From NCBI GenBank assembly GCA_027618515.1, contig JAQCEV010000001.1, forward strand, positions 3,005 to 67,004: a stretch of DNA of 64,000 nucleotides. The letters run 5' to 3'. The notes under the pieces are model-generated. The model worked only from the letters and a program-made list of their open reading frames with translations, had not been told where the DNA came from and did no database searches. The position numbers and the translations under genes were made by a program. The DNA is from Chloroflexota bacterium. GTDB taxonomy: Bacteria > Chloroflexota > Dehalococcoidia > Lucifugimonadales > Australimonadaceae. Positions 1 to 8,673 of this stretch are shown piece by piece (the first letter of the stretch is position 1; every line of letters begins with the position of its first letter).

Positions 1-1
1 C

Positions 2-187
2 TATCATTTCGCAGGCGATTTCCTAAATGTTGATCCGACAGCGGAGAAAATCTTCCCTGATATCCACTCCGTGCTGCGTGACCAAGGGCTTATCGAGGGC
101 GTTGGCCTCGATGAATTTGCTGCCAGGGTAAAAGGCATCCGGGAGCTTGAGAATCTCCGACTGAGCAAGGGCCTCTTCATGATTTGA
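2..187 (+). CDS. 3' end of an unknown protein truncated by the window edge
   Basis: Frame 2 is open from base 2 to TGA at 185-187 (YHFAGDFLNVDPTAEKIFPDIHSVLRDQGLIEG...GLFMI). No family recognised. Confidence 0.5.
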   Translation, partial: YHFAGDFLNVDPTAEKIFPDIHSVLRDQGLIEGVGLDEFAARVKGIRELENLRLSKGLFMI

Positions 188-247
188 GGGCCCACGTCAC
201 GCAGGTCTTCACGCGATCAAGCAGGCAGTTCGGCGAAGGAGGGTGGT

Positions 248-1196
248 ATGGGTGTGAACGATATCCAGAGGGTTGGGGTTGTGGGATCAGGGTTGATGGG
301 GCACGGGATCGCGTTGGCGTTCGCGATGGGTGGGTACCCGGTGACAATGTGCGATCTGGACGATGAGCGGCTGTTACGGGCGATGCGTGATGCGTCGGCG
401 ACGGCGACGTTGTTCGTGGAGGAGGGGTTGATCACGGCAGAGGAGGCTGAGGCGGCGATCGGTCGGCTGTTGACGACGACCGATCTGGCGGAGCTGGCAG
501 CCACTAGCGATTTCATCACAGAGGCGATCGTGGAGCGGTCTGAGGATAAGCGGGCGCTGTTTAACAAGCTGGACGAGTTGTGCCCTCCCCACACGATCAT
601 CGTGAGTAATACGTCGTCGTTGGTGCTGAGCGATTTCGGGTCGGACGTGAAGCGTCAGGATCGGATCGCCGGTGACGCATTACTTCGCGCCACCGGCGAT
701 CGTGCCAGGCGTTGAGGTTGCGAGGGGGCCAGGGACGTCGGAGGAGACGTACGAGACGGCGTACGAGTTGATGCGGCGGATACGGCATGTGCCAATCCGG
801 GTGCAGAAGGAGCTTCCCGGGTACCTGCTGAATCGGCTACAGGCTGCGCTGTCCACGGAGGCGTACAAGATGTGGGCGGAGGGGGTGGCGTCAGCCGAGG
901 ATATCGATCTGGGGGTGCGGGCGACGTTCGGGTTCCGTATGCCGCAGGAGGGGCCGATGCTGCATTACGACTTGGCGGGCGTGTGGCGTTGGCCGAGGGA
1001 CGTGCGCATGGGGATGCTGTCGCGTCACCTGCCAGGGATGAGCGAGGAGGCGCAGGCGAAGATCACGGCGCGTTACGAGGAGGGGACGCCGTGGTTCGGG
1101 GAGGCGGGTGGTACGCCAGAGGAGATCGAGGAGCGCGATAGGGCGTACTTGCGTCGGTTGAAGGCGCAGTACTGGGATGCGGAGGATAAGGGGTAG
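248..1196 (+). pseudogene. 3-hydroxyacyl-CoA dehydrogenase family protein split by a +1 frameshift near 670 (lesion or sequencing error)
   Basis: ORF 248-715 has GVVGSGLMGHGIA, EAIVE...K and SNTSSL. ORF 672-1196 continues VTHYFAPP...VEV...KELPGYLLNRLQ. The junction cgg atc gcc g gtg acg cat has one extra base. Confidence 0.85.
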
Positions 1197-1326
1197 GACG
1201 GGCTCCATGGGGTGGGACCGCGGCCGTTGGTGCCCCCGAATAGCAGCGTTCGCTGTGATTGGCGCCCACGACCGGTGTCAGGCGCCGAGTGCGCATGGCG
1301 CTTGTAGGTCTATCGTCCGCATGGGG

Positions 1327-1340
1327 TAGTACTTTTGTAC
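1327..1340 (+). promoter_or_regulatory. Putative transcription-factor site TAGTACTTTTG(TAC)
   Basis: GTAC-N4-GTAC dyad upstream of 1413. The same 11-mer occurs on the minus strand at 2678-2688, upstream of the CheY-like gene. Confidence 0.5.
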
Positions 1341-1412
1341 GGTGAGATTAGTACGGAAGTGGGAGAGGCTAGCTCATGCACGCGGACTCGCGCAGCACAG
1401 AGGAGGCGCTAG

Positions 1413-1622
1413 ATGAGCAGAGATTCATGGAGCAGGGATTCCTGGGACGTGGACCCGAACATATCAGGGATGCACCGGGATAGCGACGGGAACGATACGC
1501 TCGTGAGCATGACCAAGCGTGTGGCGAACCTTCAGCGGCAACTGGACGCGGTAGGGGAACTGGCGCGAAACCCATGGGCCGCCCAGAGTGACAATGACGA
1601 TTCCTCGACCCTGGTAGCGTAG
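1413..1622 (+). CDS. Small hypothetical protein (69 aa) with a short coiled-coil-like segment
   Basis: Strong SD GAGGAGG 6 nt before the ATG; next gene starts 3 nt after the stop. Confidence 0.6.
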   Translation: MSRDSWSRDSWDVDPNISGMHRDSDGNDTLVSMTKRVANLQRQLDAVGELARNPWAAQSDNDDSSTLVA

Positions 1623-1625
1623 GCG

Positions 1626-2033
1626 ATGCGGGCCCTTTGTTTAGGATGCTCGCCCTCCAGCGTTTCCGCCGTTCGGGAGATTCTTTCGAACCTCTGGCCA
1701 GGCGCTGATGTGGATGAAGCCGAGGACCTGGTGACGGGTTTCGGGTACCTCGTATGGACGCCTCCGGATGTGGTCTTCGTAGCCAACGATTCCTCGTGGA
1801 GTCCTTCGTTGACAGAGGCGATCGGCGAAGTCCGATCCAACGCTTTGGGTCATCCGCTGGTCGCGCTGGTTGGTGCGTACGGGGATGGTGATACGGTTCG
1901 TATCTCCGCGCTCGACGCAGGAGCAGACGATTGCATCGAGAAGACGGAGTCGCCTGATCGAGCAGAGGCGAAGGTGCTCGCAATGGTGCGACGCACGCAA
2001 CGGCTCCAGGCTGCGTTTCGTCAAGCTAGCTGA
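1626..2033 (+). CDS. Atypical single-domain response-regulator receiver
   Basis: PPDVVFV and ISALDAGADDCIEK receiver motifs. The N-terminal DD pair and the phosphoacceptor Asp position are degenerate. Confidence 0.7.
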   Translation: MRALCLGCSPSSVSAVREILSNLWPGADVDEAEDLVTGFGYLVWTPPDVVFVANDSSWSPSLTEAIGEVRSNALGHPLVALVGAYGDGDTVRISALDAGADDCIEKTESPDRAEAKVLAMVRRTQRLQAAFRQAS

Positions 2034-2121
2034 CAAAGAGGCCAGGCGCGCCGAACATCGGGTTTGGGCGCCTAGGCGACGGCCTGGCGCGATGCAGATG
2101 GTTCGCGCTGATGTCACTAGC

Positions 2122-2141
2122 GAAGGCTGAAAACAGCCTTC
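2122..2141. terminator. Hairpin between convergent genes (possible terminator)
   Basis: GAAGGCTG-AAAA-CAGCCTTC perfect 8-bp stem. Confidence 0.5.
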
Positions 2142-2257
2142 CCAAAACCCCATTTCACGTCATACCCCTAATAGGTTCGAGCCCTGGCTTGAACGCCCGA
2201 TCAGTGAGCAGCATGACATGCTGCTCTGATTCCGTGCGTCCAGGGTCAGCGTGGGTG

Positions 2258-2614
2258 CTACCGGAGCATCTTGGCAACGGCGTCTAGGAGCCGTTGGTGG
2301 GTGAAGGGCTTGAGGACGAAGTCGATGGCGCCGTTGATCCTGGCGTCCTCCACGACCTCACGCTGGGCATCCCCAGTGAGGAGCGTGATCCGCGCGGAGG
2401 GGTCGAACTCCCGGATGCGTTTGAGGGCGTCGATGCCATTCATGTCAGGCATCTTCAGATCCATGAGCACCGCATCGGGGCGGGTGGATCTGTACTTATC
2501 CACAGCATCCACGCCTTCGGTGGCTTCGATGACCTGATGGCCCTCTTCAAGAAGAGACTCACGTATCCGCATTCTCATTAGAGAAAGGTCGTCAACGACC
2601 ACTATTCGAGCCAC
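2258..2614 (-). CDS. CheY-like single-domain response regulator
   Basis: IVVVDD, PDAVLMDLKMPDMNG, LLT and FVLKPF motifs. GTG start at 2614 after a purine-rich SD. Confidence 0.92.
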   Translation of the reverse strand: MARIVVVDDLSLMRMRIRESLLEEGHQVIEATEGVDAVDKYRSTRPDAVLMDLKMPDMNGIDALKRIREFDPSARITLLTGDAQREVVEDARINGAIDFVLKPFTHQRLLDAVAKMLR

Positions 2615-2806
2615 GGTACCGCCCCCTCCCGCGCTTCTTAACCACCGTATCGCCATCGGGCACGACTGTCGATATGCCAAAAGTACTAGAGCACTACAGA
2701 CCATCGTCGTGCCTACTACCTTTGGAGGGGGCGGCTAAAGACCACGGTGGTGCGGGACGAGTGGACGCTGGTCGATCGCAGGATCGAGATGTGCGTACGC
2801 TAGCGT

Positions 2807-3064
2807 CTATCGATGAGGGTGCATCTCTGGCTCTTTACCGGGCCACATTCGTTCCCTGACCTGGAGCGCGTGCGGAGGGCAAAGGAGGGCCGCTAGACCA
2901 ACGGCGTCGTGGTGGTCCTCGTGCTCGACGTCTGTCTGGAATTCGACGCGGCCCCAGCCCGCCGGCAGGTATTGGTGCTCGACGCGGTCGGAGTCGAGGT
3001 ACTCATCGGAGGTGTCGCAGTCGGGGTAATCGCACTTGATGGAAACGATGGATGAGTAACCGAT
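2807..3064 (-). CDS. Uncalled 85-aa Cys/His (putative Zn-binding) protein with an ATC start
   Basis: AGGAGG-6nt-ATC, then GYSSIVSIKCDYPDCDTSDEYLDSDRVEHQYLPAGWGRVEFQTDVEHEDHHDAVGLAALLCPPHALQVRERMWPGKEPEMHPHR*. An in-frame TAG upstream excludes another start. Confidence 0.7.
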   Translation of the reverse strand: MGYSSIVSIKCDYPDCDTSDEYLDSDRVEHQYLPAGWGRVEFQTDVEHEDHHDAVGLAALLCPPHALQVRERMWPGKEPEMHPHR

Positions 3065-3259
3065 GGGGGGCCTCCTGGATGCGTCTTGGCTGGGGGCATT
3101 CTAGGCCACGCGAGGATCGATAGGGGGCGGGGTTGGTTTACGTTGGCGCGTAGCGTCGTTCGTTTGGAACCGCCGCGGGCGCTAGCCTGCCCCGGGCCCG
3201 TGCCGCACTGGCGTGCGGTAGAGGGGCGCGATGGGCAGGAGTGAATCGAGGCTTGGTGC

Positions 3260-4528
3260 TTAGCCGTTGCCTTTGCGGGCGATGGCGGCGTCACGGGCTT
3301 TGGTGAAGAGCTGGTCGACTTGGTAGATGGCGTCGCCAGGCAGAGTGCCGGTGTTGCCGTAGAGGGCGTCGCCGGGGACGTAGGTGCTCATGTCGCCGTA
3401 GTCCTCGATCTCCAGGTGGAGGCGGTCGTGGGGCTCACGGAAGACGTTGATGGGGTCACCACCGTCGCGGACGGTGTCGATCTGCTCTTCGAGCAAGCGA
3501 CGGTAGAGGATCAAGCCCTTGTCTGACTCGGCGAGCTTCTCCTGGCTGCGATCCATGATCTCGTCCTGCTCCTCCCAGACAATGAGGTCTTGAGGGAGTA
3601 TCCACTCCGGGAGGTCAACGACGGGGACGTCGAAGACCGGGACGGGGTACTGCTCGGGAACCTTGATGTCGGCGCCAGGCTCATAGATGTGGTAGACGAG
3701 GTGCCAGGTGTGGGTGTCGTCGATGGTGACGCGGATCTGGAATTCCTGCTCGCCACGTTGGCCTATGTGAACCATGTTGGGGAACACCAGGGGGTGTCCG
3801 TGGTTCCAGCCCTGGGATGTGGCTTCGTCCTCGCCCTCCTGGAGGCGGAACTTGAGGATGCCGTACTCGAACAGCTCAAAGGCGATCTTGGCGTGGTGGC
3901 GCTTGGCACGCCGGAATCCACGCCAGCGGCGTTCATCGGTAATGCCCAGCTTCTCGAGTGCGTAGAGGCCCCAGTGGCCGTGGTCCCACTCCAGGTGGGT
4001 CTGGTCGATGGAGTTCTCCTGGCACTGGACCCAGTTGGCGTTGAGGAAGGTGGAACCGATCATGCGGAAGGCGTTGGGCTGGACGAACAGGCTCCACTTG
4101 GGGAGCTCGGGTGCAGGCAGCGGGCCGATGTACCCGAAGATGAGGCCGCCGAGCTCTTCGACGGGGTAGGAGTCAATCTGGACGCGGGAGGCGAAGGTGC
4201 TATCGGCGTTCTCGGCAGGCATCTCAAGGCACTGGCCTTTGGTGTCGAACATCCAACCGTGATAAGGACAGCGGAGACCTTCTACCTCGGGGATGCCGAG
4301 GCGCAGGTTGACGCGCCGGTGGGGGCAGCGCTGGCCGATGAGGCCGATGTTGTTGGATTTGTCTCGGAAGAGGGTGAAGTCTTCGCCAAGCAGTCGCACG
4401 GCCTTTGCGCCAGGTTCCATCAGATCAGCAGAGGTGGCGACGGGATACCAGTAGCGACGCATAAGTTCGCCTCCTGGGGTGCCGGGGCCGACCCTGGTTA
4501 TCTTTTCGTTGGTTTCTGAACTAAGCAT
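3260..4528 (-). CDS. Rieske non-heme iron aromatic oxygenase alpha subunit (phthalate dioxygenase/LigX-like)
   Basis: TRVGPGTPGGELMRRYW N-terminus, Rieske CPHR...CPYHGW, ENSIDQTHLEWDH iron site. Confidence 0.93.
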   Translation of the reverse strand: MLSSETNEKITRVGPGTPGGELMRRYWYPVATSADLMEPGAKAVRLLGEDFTLFRDKSNNIGLIGQRCPHRRVNLRLGIPEVEGLRCPYHGWMFDTKGQCLEMPAENADSTFASRVQIDSYPVEELGGLIFGYIGPLPAPELPKWSLFVQPNAFRMIGSTFLNANWVQCQENSIDQTHLEWDHGHWGLYALEKLGITDERRWRGFRRAKRHHAKIAFELFEYGILKFRLQEGEDEATSQGWNHGHPLVFPNMVHIGQRGEQEFQIRVTIDDTHTWHLVYHIYEPGADIKVPEQYPVPVFDVPVVDLPEWILPQDLIVWEEQDEIMDRSQEKLAESDKGLILYRRLLEEQIDTVRDGGDPINVFREPHDRLHLEIEDYGDMSTYVPGDALYGNTGTLPGDAIYQVDQLFTKARDAAIARKGNG

Positions 4529-4618
4529 GGCGAGTTTCCTCTCTTGGGTGCGTCTCGGGCGACGCTACAACATTGTTTCGAGGATAGTGGGATGAGATTT
4601 CATTTCAAGCCTTTCCAC

Positions 4619-4678
4619 GTGAAAGGTCGTTCACAGGCGTTGAAAAGTTACCCGTGGCCGTATGAAAGTTCGTTCACA
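4619..4678. promoter_or_regulatory. Two palindromic operator-like sites TGAA-N6-TTCAC, 43 bp apart
   Basis: gTGAAAGGTCGTTCACA at 4619 and aTGAAAGTTCGTTCACA at 4662, half-site TGAAAAGTT at 4641. A TATAAT lies near 4728. Confidence 0.55.
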
Positions 4679-4746
4679 AGGTTTGGCACAGGGGAAGGCG
4701 CAGGGGATGGAACAAGTGCGGGATAGCTATAATCGCGACGCCTGAA

Positions 4747-5163
4747 ATGCTCGTGGAAAGGGACACGATGGATCTTGCTACGTTGGAGCCCGGGTCCGAA
4801 CTGTTCTCCCAGCGCATCACGATGACCGGCGACGCGGTTGCGGGTTATCTTGCGGCGGTTGAGGACGATGGGGATGCGTACGCGCAAGAAGGCGTGGTGC
4901 CGCCGATGGCGGTGGCTGCGCTGGTGATGGCCGAGGCGCTGAAGGCGATCGAGTTGCCAGCGGGGGCCGTGCACACCGGTCAGGAGCTGGGATTCCTGGC
5001 GGCGGTGGATGTGGGGGCTGAGGTGCAGTGCACGGCGAAGGTGGTGCAGAACAGCGTGCGACGCGGTACGCGGTTCGTGGCGCTGGAGATCACGGCGGAC
5101 GTGGGCGACGAGCGGGCGCTGACGGGGCGCGTGTCGCTGGCTATCCCAGAGGAGGAGGAGTAA
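4747..5163 (+). CDS. MaoC/HadA-like hotdog-fold protein (probably non-catalytic partner)
   Basis: GVVPPMAV and GAVHTGQELGF hotdog motifs; lacks the D-x-N-P-x-H hydratase motif. Start may be 4768. Confidence 0.8.
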   Translation: MLVERDTMDLATLEPGSELFSQRITMTGDAVAGYLAAVEDDGDAYAQEGVVPPMAVAALVMAEALKAIELPAGAVHTGQELGFLAAVDVGAEVQCTAKVVQNSVRRGTRFVALEITADVGDERALTGRVSLAIPEEEE

Positions 5164-5552
5164 TGGCGACGCCAGAGGTACTCCAAGAGATATCGCATAA
5201 GGTGACACAAGCGCAGTTGGCAAGGTACGCGGATGCGAGCGGCGATCACAATCCGCTGCACCTGGACGAGGAATTCGCGGCGAGGACGCCCTATGGACGA
5301 ACGATAGCGCACGGCATGCTGGTGCTGGCGTTCGTGTCGGAGACGATGGCGAAAAGTTTCGGTCGCGCGTGGATGTGCGAGGGGAAGATGAAGGCGAAGT
5401 TCCGGGCTCCGGTGTACCCAGGCGATACCGTGACCACGAGCGGGACGCTAAAATCGACCTCAGACGCGACGGCTACGTATGAGATCGTCGTGCGGAAGCA
5501 GGACGGCAGCGATGTCGTTACGGTGGACGCGACGGTGCCGATCCCGGTTTGA
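5163..5552 (+). CDS. MaoC/HadB-like (R)-specific dehydratase
   Basis: YADASGDHNPLHLD...IAHGML hydratase-2 motif; TAATG coupling with the previous gene; SD GGAGGAG. Confidence 0.9.
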   Translation: MATPEVLQEISHKVTQAQLARYADASGDHNPLHLDEEFAARTPYGRTIAHGMLVLAFVSETMAKSFGRAWMCEGKMKAKFRAPVYPGDTVTTSGTLKSTSDATATYEIVVRKQDGSDVVTVDATVPIPV

Positions 5553-5578
5553 CGTGGCGTTCGCCCTGCCCTGTTGAT

Positions 5579-5630
5579 CCCGTGAATAAGGCCCCTGAAT
5601 GAGGCCCTTGAACTTACCCCCTGAACGGAG
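5579..5630 (+). repeat. Four tandem imperfect 13-bp repeats CCCnTGAAnnnnn before plsX
   Basis: cccgtgaataagg / cccctgaatgagg / cccttgaacttac / cccctgaacggag. Confidence 0.7.
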
Positions 5631-5639
5631 TGTGACTGA

Positions 5640-6659
5640 ATGAGCGATAACCCAACTATCGCCATCGACGCCATGGGAGGCGACTACGGTCCTTCCGAGA
5701 CGGTGCGAGGCGCGGTACTGGCTGCTCGCGCTGGTGGCGTGACGGTGCTGCTGGTGGGCGATGAGGCTGAGGTACAGCAGGCGCTGGCAGCGGAAGACGC
5801 GGCCGGTCTGCCGATCAAGGTGATCCCGTCTGAGGGCGTGATCGTGGAGGGCGAGCACCCGGCAAGGGCGCTGCGCTCGAAGCCGAAGTCGTCGATCGCG
5901 GTGAGCGTGGGCCTGGTGAAGCAAGGCATGGCCGACGGATTCATCAGCATGGGGTCGACGGGCGCGAGCATGGCGGCGTCGGTGTTCCTGCTGGGTAAGT
6001 TCCCGGGACTCGAACGCCCTACCCTGGGCGGGCCGTTCAACGGGTTGGCCCCCAAGACGACGATCATTGATATCGGGGCGAACGTCGACTGCAAGCCTGT
6101 TCAGCTTCTGAACTTCGGTGCGCTGGGGGCGAGCTTCCAACGGTCATTCATGGGGTTCGACAATCCGAGGGTCGGGTTGCTGAGCGTGGGCTCAGAAGAG
6201 GGCAAGGGCAACAAGCTGGTGCAGGAGGCTTTCGAGCTGTTCAAGGCCAGTGGGCTGAACTTCGTGGGGAACGTCGAGGGCAACGAGATTTTCACGGATA
6301 AGGCAGACGTGATCGTCTGCGACGGATTCGTGGGCAACGTGCTGTTGAAGTACACGGAAGGCATGGCCGAAGCGGCAGCCCGGTACCTGGCAGGCGCACT
6401 CGGTGCCGATTCTCCGGCGGTGAAGGCGATAAGCGGTTTGGCTTTGGCAGAAGAGCACGGCGCGGCCCCGCTGTTCGGGGTCAACGGGCTTGCCCTAGCG
6501 GGGCACGGTCGTGCGAAGGCCGAGGGCGTCGCGGCATCGGTGGTGCTCGCGAAGCGCTTCTTGGAGGTTGATCTGGTCAAACACATGCGGGAAGACCTGG
6601 CGGCTGCGCAGGAGCGCGCGGGGGTCTCCGGCGACGATGCGGATGAGGTGGAGGCATGA
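5640..6659 (+). CDS. plsX: Phosphate acyltransferase PlsX
   Basis: IAIDAMGGDYGP, DIGANVD, EEGKGN, GNVEG and VCDGFVGN motifs. Confidence 0.97.
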   Translation: MSDNPTIAIDAMGGDYGPSETVRGAVLAARAGGVTVLLVGDEAEVQQALAAEDAAGLPIKVIPSEGVIVEGEHPARALRSKPKSSIAVSVGLVKQGMADGFISMGSTGASMAASVFLLGKFPGLERPTLGGPFNGLAPKTTIIDIGANVDCKPVQLLNFGALGASFQRSFMGFDNPRVGLLSVGSEEGKGNKLVQEAFELFKASGLNFVGNVEGNEIFTDKADVIVCDGFVGNVLLKYTEGMAEAAARYLAGALGADSPAVKAISGLALAEEHGAAPLFGVNGLALAGHGRAKAEGVAASVVLAKRFLEVDLVKHMREDLAAAQERAGVSGDDADEVEA

Positions 6660-7402
6660 GGGGGCTGGCAGGCAAGACGGCGCTGGTCACTGGCGGTAGC
6701 CGAGGGATAGGCCGCGAGGTCGCGCTGCGGTTGGCCGCAGAGGGCGTGGCAGTGGCGGTGAACTTCAACACGGGTGAGGCTGAGGCGGCAGAGGTCGTCA
6801 AGGAAGCCGAGGCCTTGGGCACGAACGCCATCGCGCTGAAGGGCAGCGTGGCGAGCGCAGCGGACGCCGATTCGCTCGTCGAGGAGGCGTTGGCGAAGCT
6901 GGGCGGGCTGGACATCCTGGTGAACAACGCAGGGATCACTCGCGATAACCTGCTGATGCGGATGTCCGAAGAGGACTGGGACGCGGTGCTGGACACGAAC
7001 CTGAAGGGTGCGTTCCTGTGCACGAAGGCGGCGATACGTCCGATGTTGCGCCAGCGGTCAGGCAGGATAATCAACATGTCGTCGGTGGTGGCGTTGACGG
7101 GTAACGCAGGGCAAGCGAACTACACGGCTGCGAAGGCGGGGCTGATCGGCTTCACGAAGACGGTTGCGCGCGAGGTGGCTTCACGGGGGATCACGGTGAA
7201 CGCGATCGCACCGGGGTTCATCGAGACGCGTATGGTGGAGGAGTTGGCGGAGGAGCTTCGTGGGAAGATCCGCGAGCGCATCCCGCTGGCGCGCTTCGGT
7301 GCGGCGGACGAGGTGGCGGCGTCGGTGGCGTTCCTGGCGAGCGAGGACGCGGCGTACATCACCGGGCAGGTGCTGAGCGTGGACGGCGGGCTCGGGCTTT
7401 AG
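6656..7402 (+). CDS. fabG: 3-oxoacyl-ACP reductase FabG
   Basis: TGGSRGIG, NNAGITRDNLLMRM, GQANYTAAKAG; ATGA overlap with plsX. Confidence 0.97.
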   Translation: MRGLAGKTALVTGGSRGIGREVALRLAAEGVAVAVNFNTGEAEAAEVVKEAEALGTNAIALKGSVASAADADSLVEEALAKLGGLDILVNNAGITRDNLLMRMSEEDWDAVLDTNLKGAFLCTKAAIRPMLRQRSGRIINMSSVVALTGNAGQANYTAAKAGLIGFTKTVAREVASRGITVNAIAPGFIETRMVEELAEELRGKIRERIPLARFGAADEVAASVAFLASEDAAYITGQVLSVDGGLGL

Positions 7403-7471
7403 GCTCTTACTAGATAACGAACAGTTCAGTAGGCCCAGCGGGGCAAGGCAAGACACGGGAGAAATTCAACG

Positions 7472-8203
7472 ATGAACGTTGTTCCATCAGACCATCAAGG
7501 ACCGGGCGAGAAGATCATGGTTATCGTGGCGCACCCGGACGACGCGGAGTTCATGTCGGCAGGCAGCGTTGCTGCGTGGACGAAGGCAGGTAAAGAGGTC
7601 GTTTACGTGCTGGTGACGAGCGGCGATAAGGGGTCTGAGGACCCGAACATCGTGCCGTCCGAACTCGCGGCGCAGCGGGAGATCGAGCAGCGCAACGTGT
7701 GCGACATCCTGGGCGTGGGGCCGATCGAGTTCCTGCGGCACGAGGACGGGACGGTGACGAGCGATCTTACGTTGCGTAAGGACATCGTGCGGGCGATCCG
7801 CAAGCACAAGCCGTCAGCGGTGATCACGCAGAACCCGACGGTTCGCTGGTCGGGCAATTACGTGAATCATCCGGATCATCGGGCCACGGGCGATGCGACG
7901 ATGGATGCGGTGTTCCCGTCGGCGCGTGACGTGCACATGTTCCCGGAGTTGAAGCTGAACGAGGGGTTGGAGCCGCACATCGTGCCGCACCTGTACCTTG
8001 GCGATCGATCCGAGGACGCGGATGTGACGTTCGATATCAGCGATACGATCGAGAAGAAGATCGAGGCGCTGTCAGCCCACGTTAGCCAGGTGCCAGACCC
8101 GGCGGACACGGGCAAGCGTGTGCGCGAGGGCGCGGCGTTGATCGGGGAGCGGACGGGGTTCGCGCACGCTGAGTCGTTCAAATACTTTTACTTGGGGAAG
8201 TAG
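7472..8203 (+). CDS. PIG-L/LmbE family deacetylase
   Basis: AHPDDAE, TSGDKG, NHPDHR and AHVSQ motifs. Confidence 0.93.
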   Translation: MNVVPSDHQGPGEKIMVIVAHPDDAEFMSAGSVAAWTKAGKEVVYVLVTSGDKGSEDPNIVPSELAAQREIEQRNVCDILGVGPIEFLRHEDGTVTSDLTLRKDIVRAIRKHKPSAVITQNPTVRWSGNYVNHPDHRATGDATMDAVFPSARDVHMFPELKLNEGLEPHIVPHLYLGDRSEDADVTFDISDTIEKKIEALSAHVSQVPDPADTGKRVREGAALIGERTGFAHAESFKYFYLGK

Positions 8204-8256
8204 CGTTGGTGGCTGGCGGCGGGAGTCGTTGGCTGGAGAATACGTAAGTTGTGGGG

Positions 8257-8285
8257 AGAGCGGCCTGGGTGGGTCGCTCTTTTTG
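8257..8285 (+). terminator. Rho-independent terminator
   Basis: AGAGCGGCCT-GGGT-GGGTCGCTCT stem (with G-U pairs) followed by TTTT. Confidence 0.7.
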
Positions 8286-8402
8286 TTGTGCGGGGGCCGG
8301 TATTGATGATGCCTGGCCTCGATTTCTGCGTATGCGGGCAAGCGGGAGTCGGAAACAGCCCCGCTCATGGCCCATTTACCGCCGCGTGGCTAAGATGCGG
8401 CG

Positions 8403-8673
8403 TATGCCGATATCCACTCCGGCCCTCGTAACCTCTGTTGTTGTCGATCTGCCTTTTTTCATAGTCACTGTTTTCGTTGGGTTGTTGGGAGTTGGGTCGA
8501 TCGTGTTTCGACGTCAGTGGGCGGAACTGAGCATCTGGCCATTCACACGGTCCTGGCCATTCAGCCTGAATCAGCGCACCACCATAGTTCAGTTTTGGTT
8601 CTTGATCGCGGGTGTTCTCTTTGTGATCGTCTCCGCGGTTACGGTAGCAGCCGGGATCATCTCCCTGATCTGA
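8403..8673 (+). CDS. Small membrane protein with two predicted TM helices
   Basis: Two hydrophobic stretches; T-rich lower-GC sequence; TAAGAT -10-like box about 7 nt before the ATG (leaderless). Start uncertain. Confidence 0.55.

Noticed and set aside
2893-3294. 133-aa minus-strand ORF (MTPPSPAK...)
   Set aside because: Low-complexity Thr/Ser/Pro shadow frame; the alternative frame 2807-3064 has the SD, codon bias and Cys/His pattern.
3590-4519. Long antisense ORFs (also 25555-26589, 28936-29931, 57482-58423, 59356-60228)
   Set aside because: Typical high-GC antisense shadows of well-supported genes, with no motifs of their own.
4619-4678. Rex or CRP/FNR boxes
   Set aside because: The half-site spacing is 2 nt longer than either consensus; kept only as an unassigned operator.
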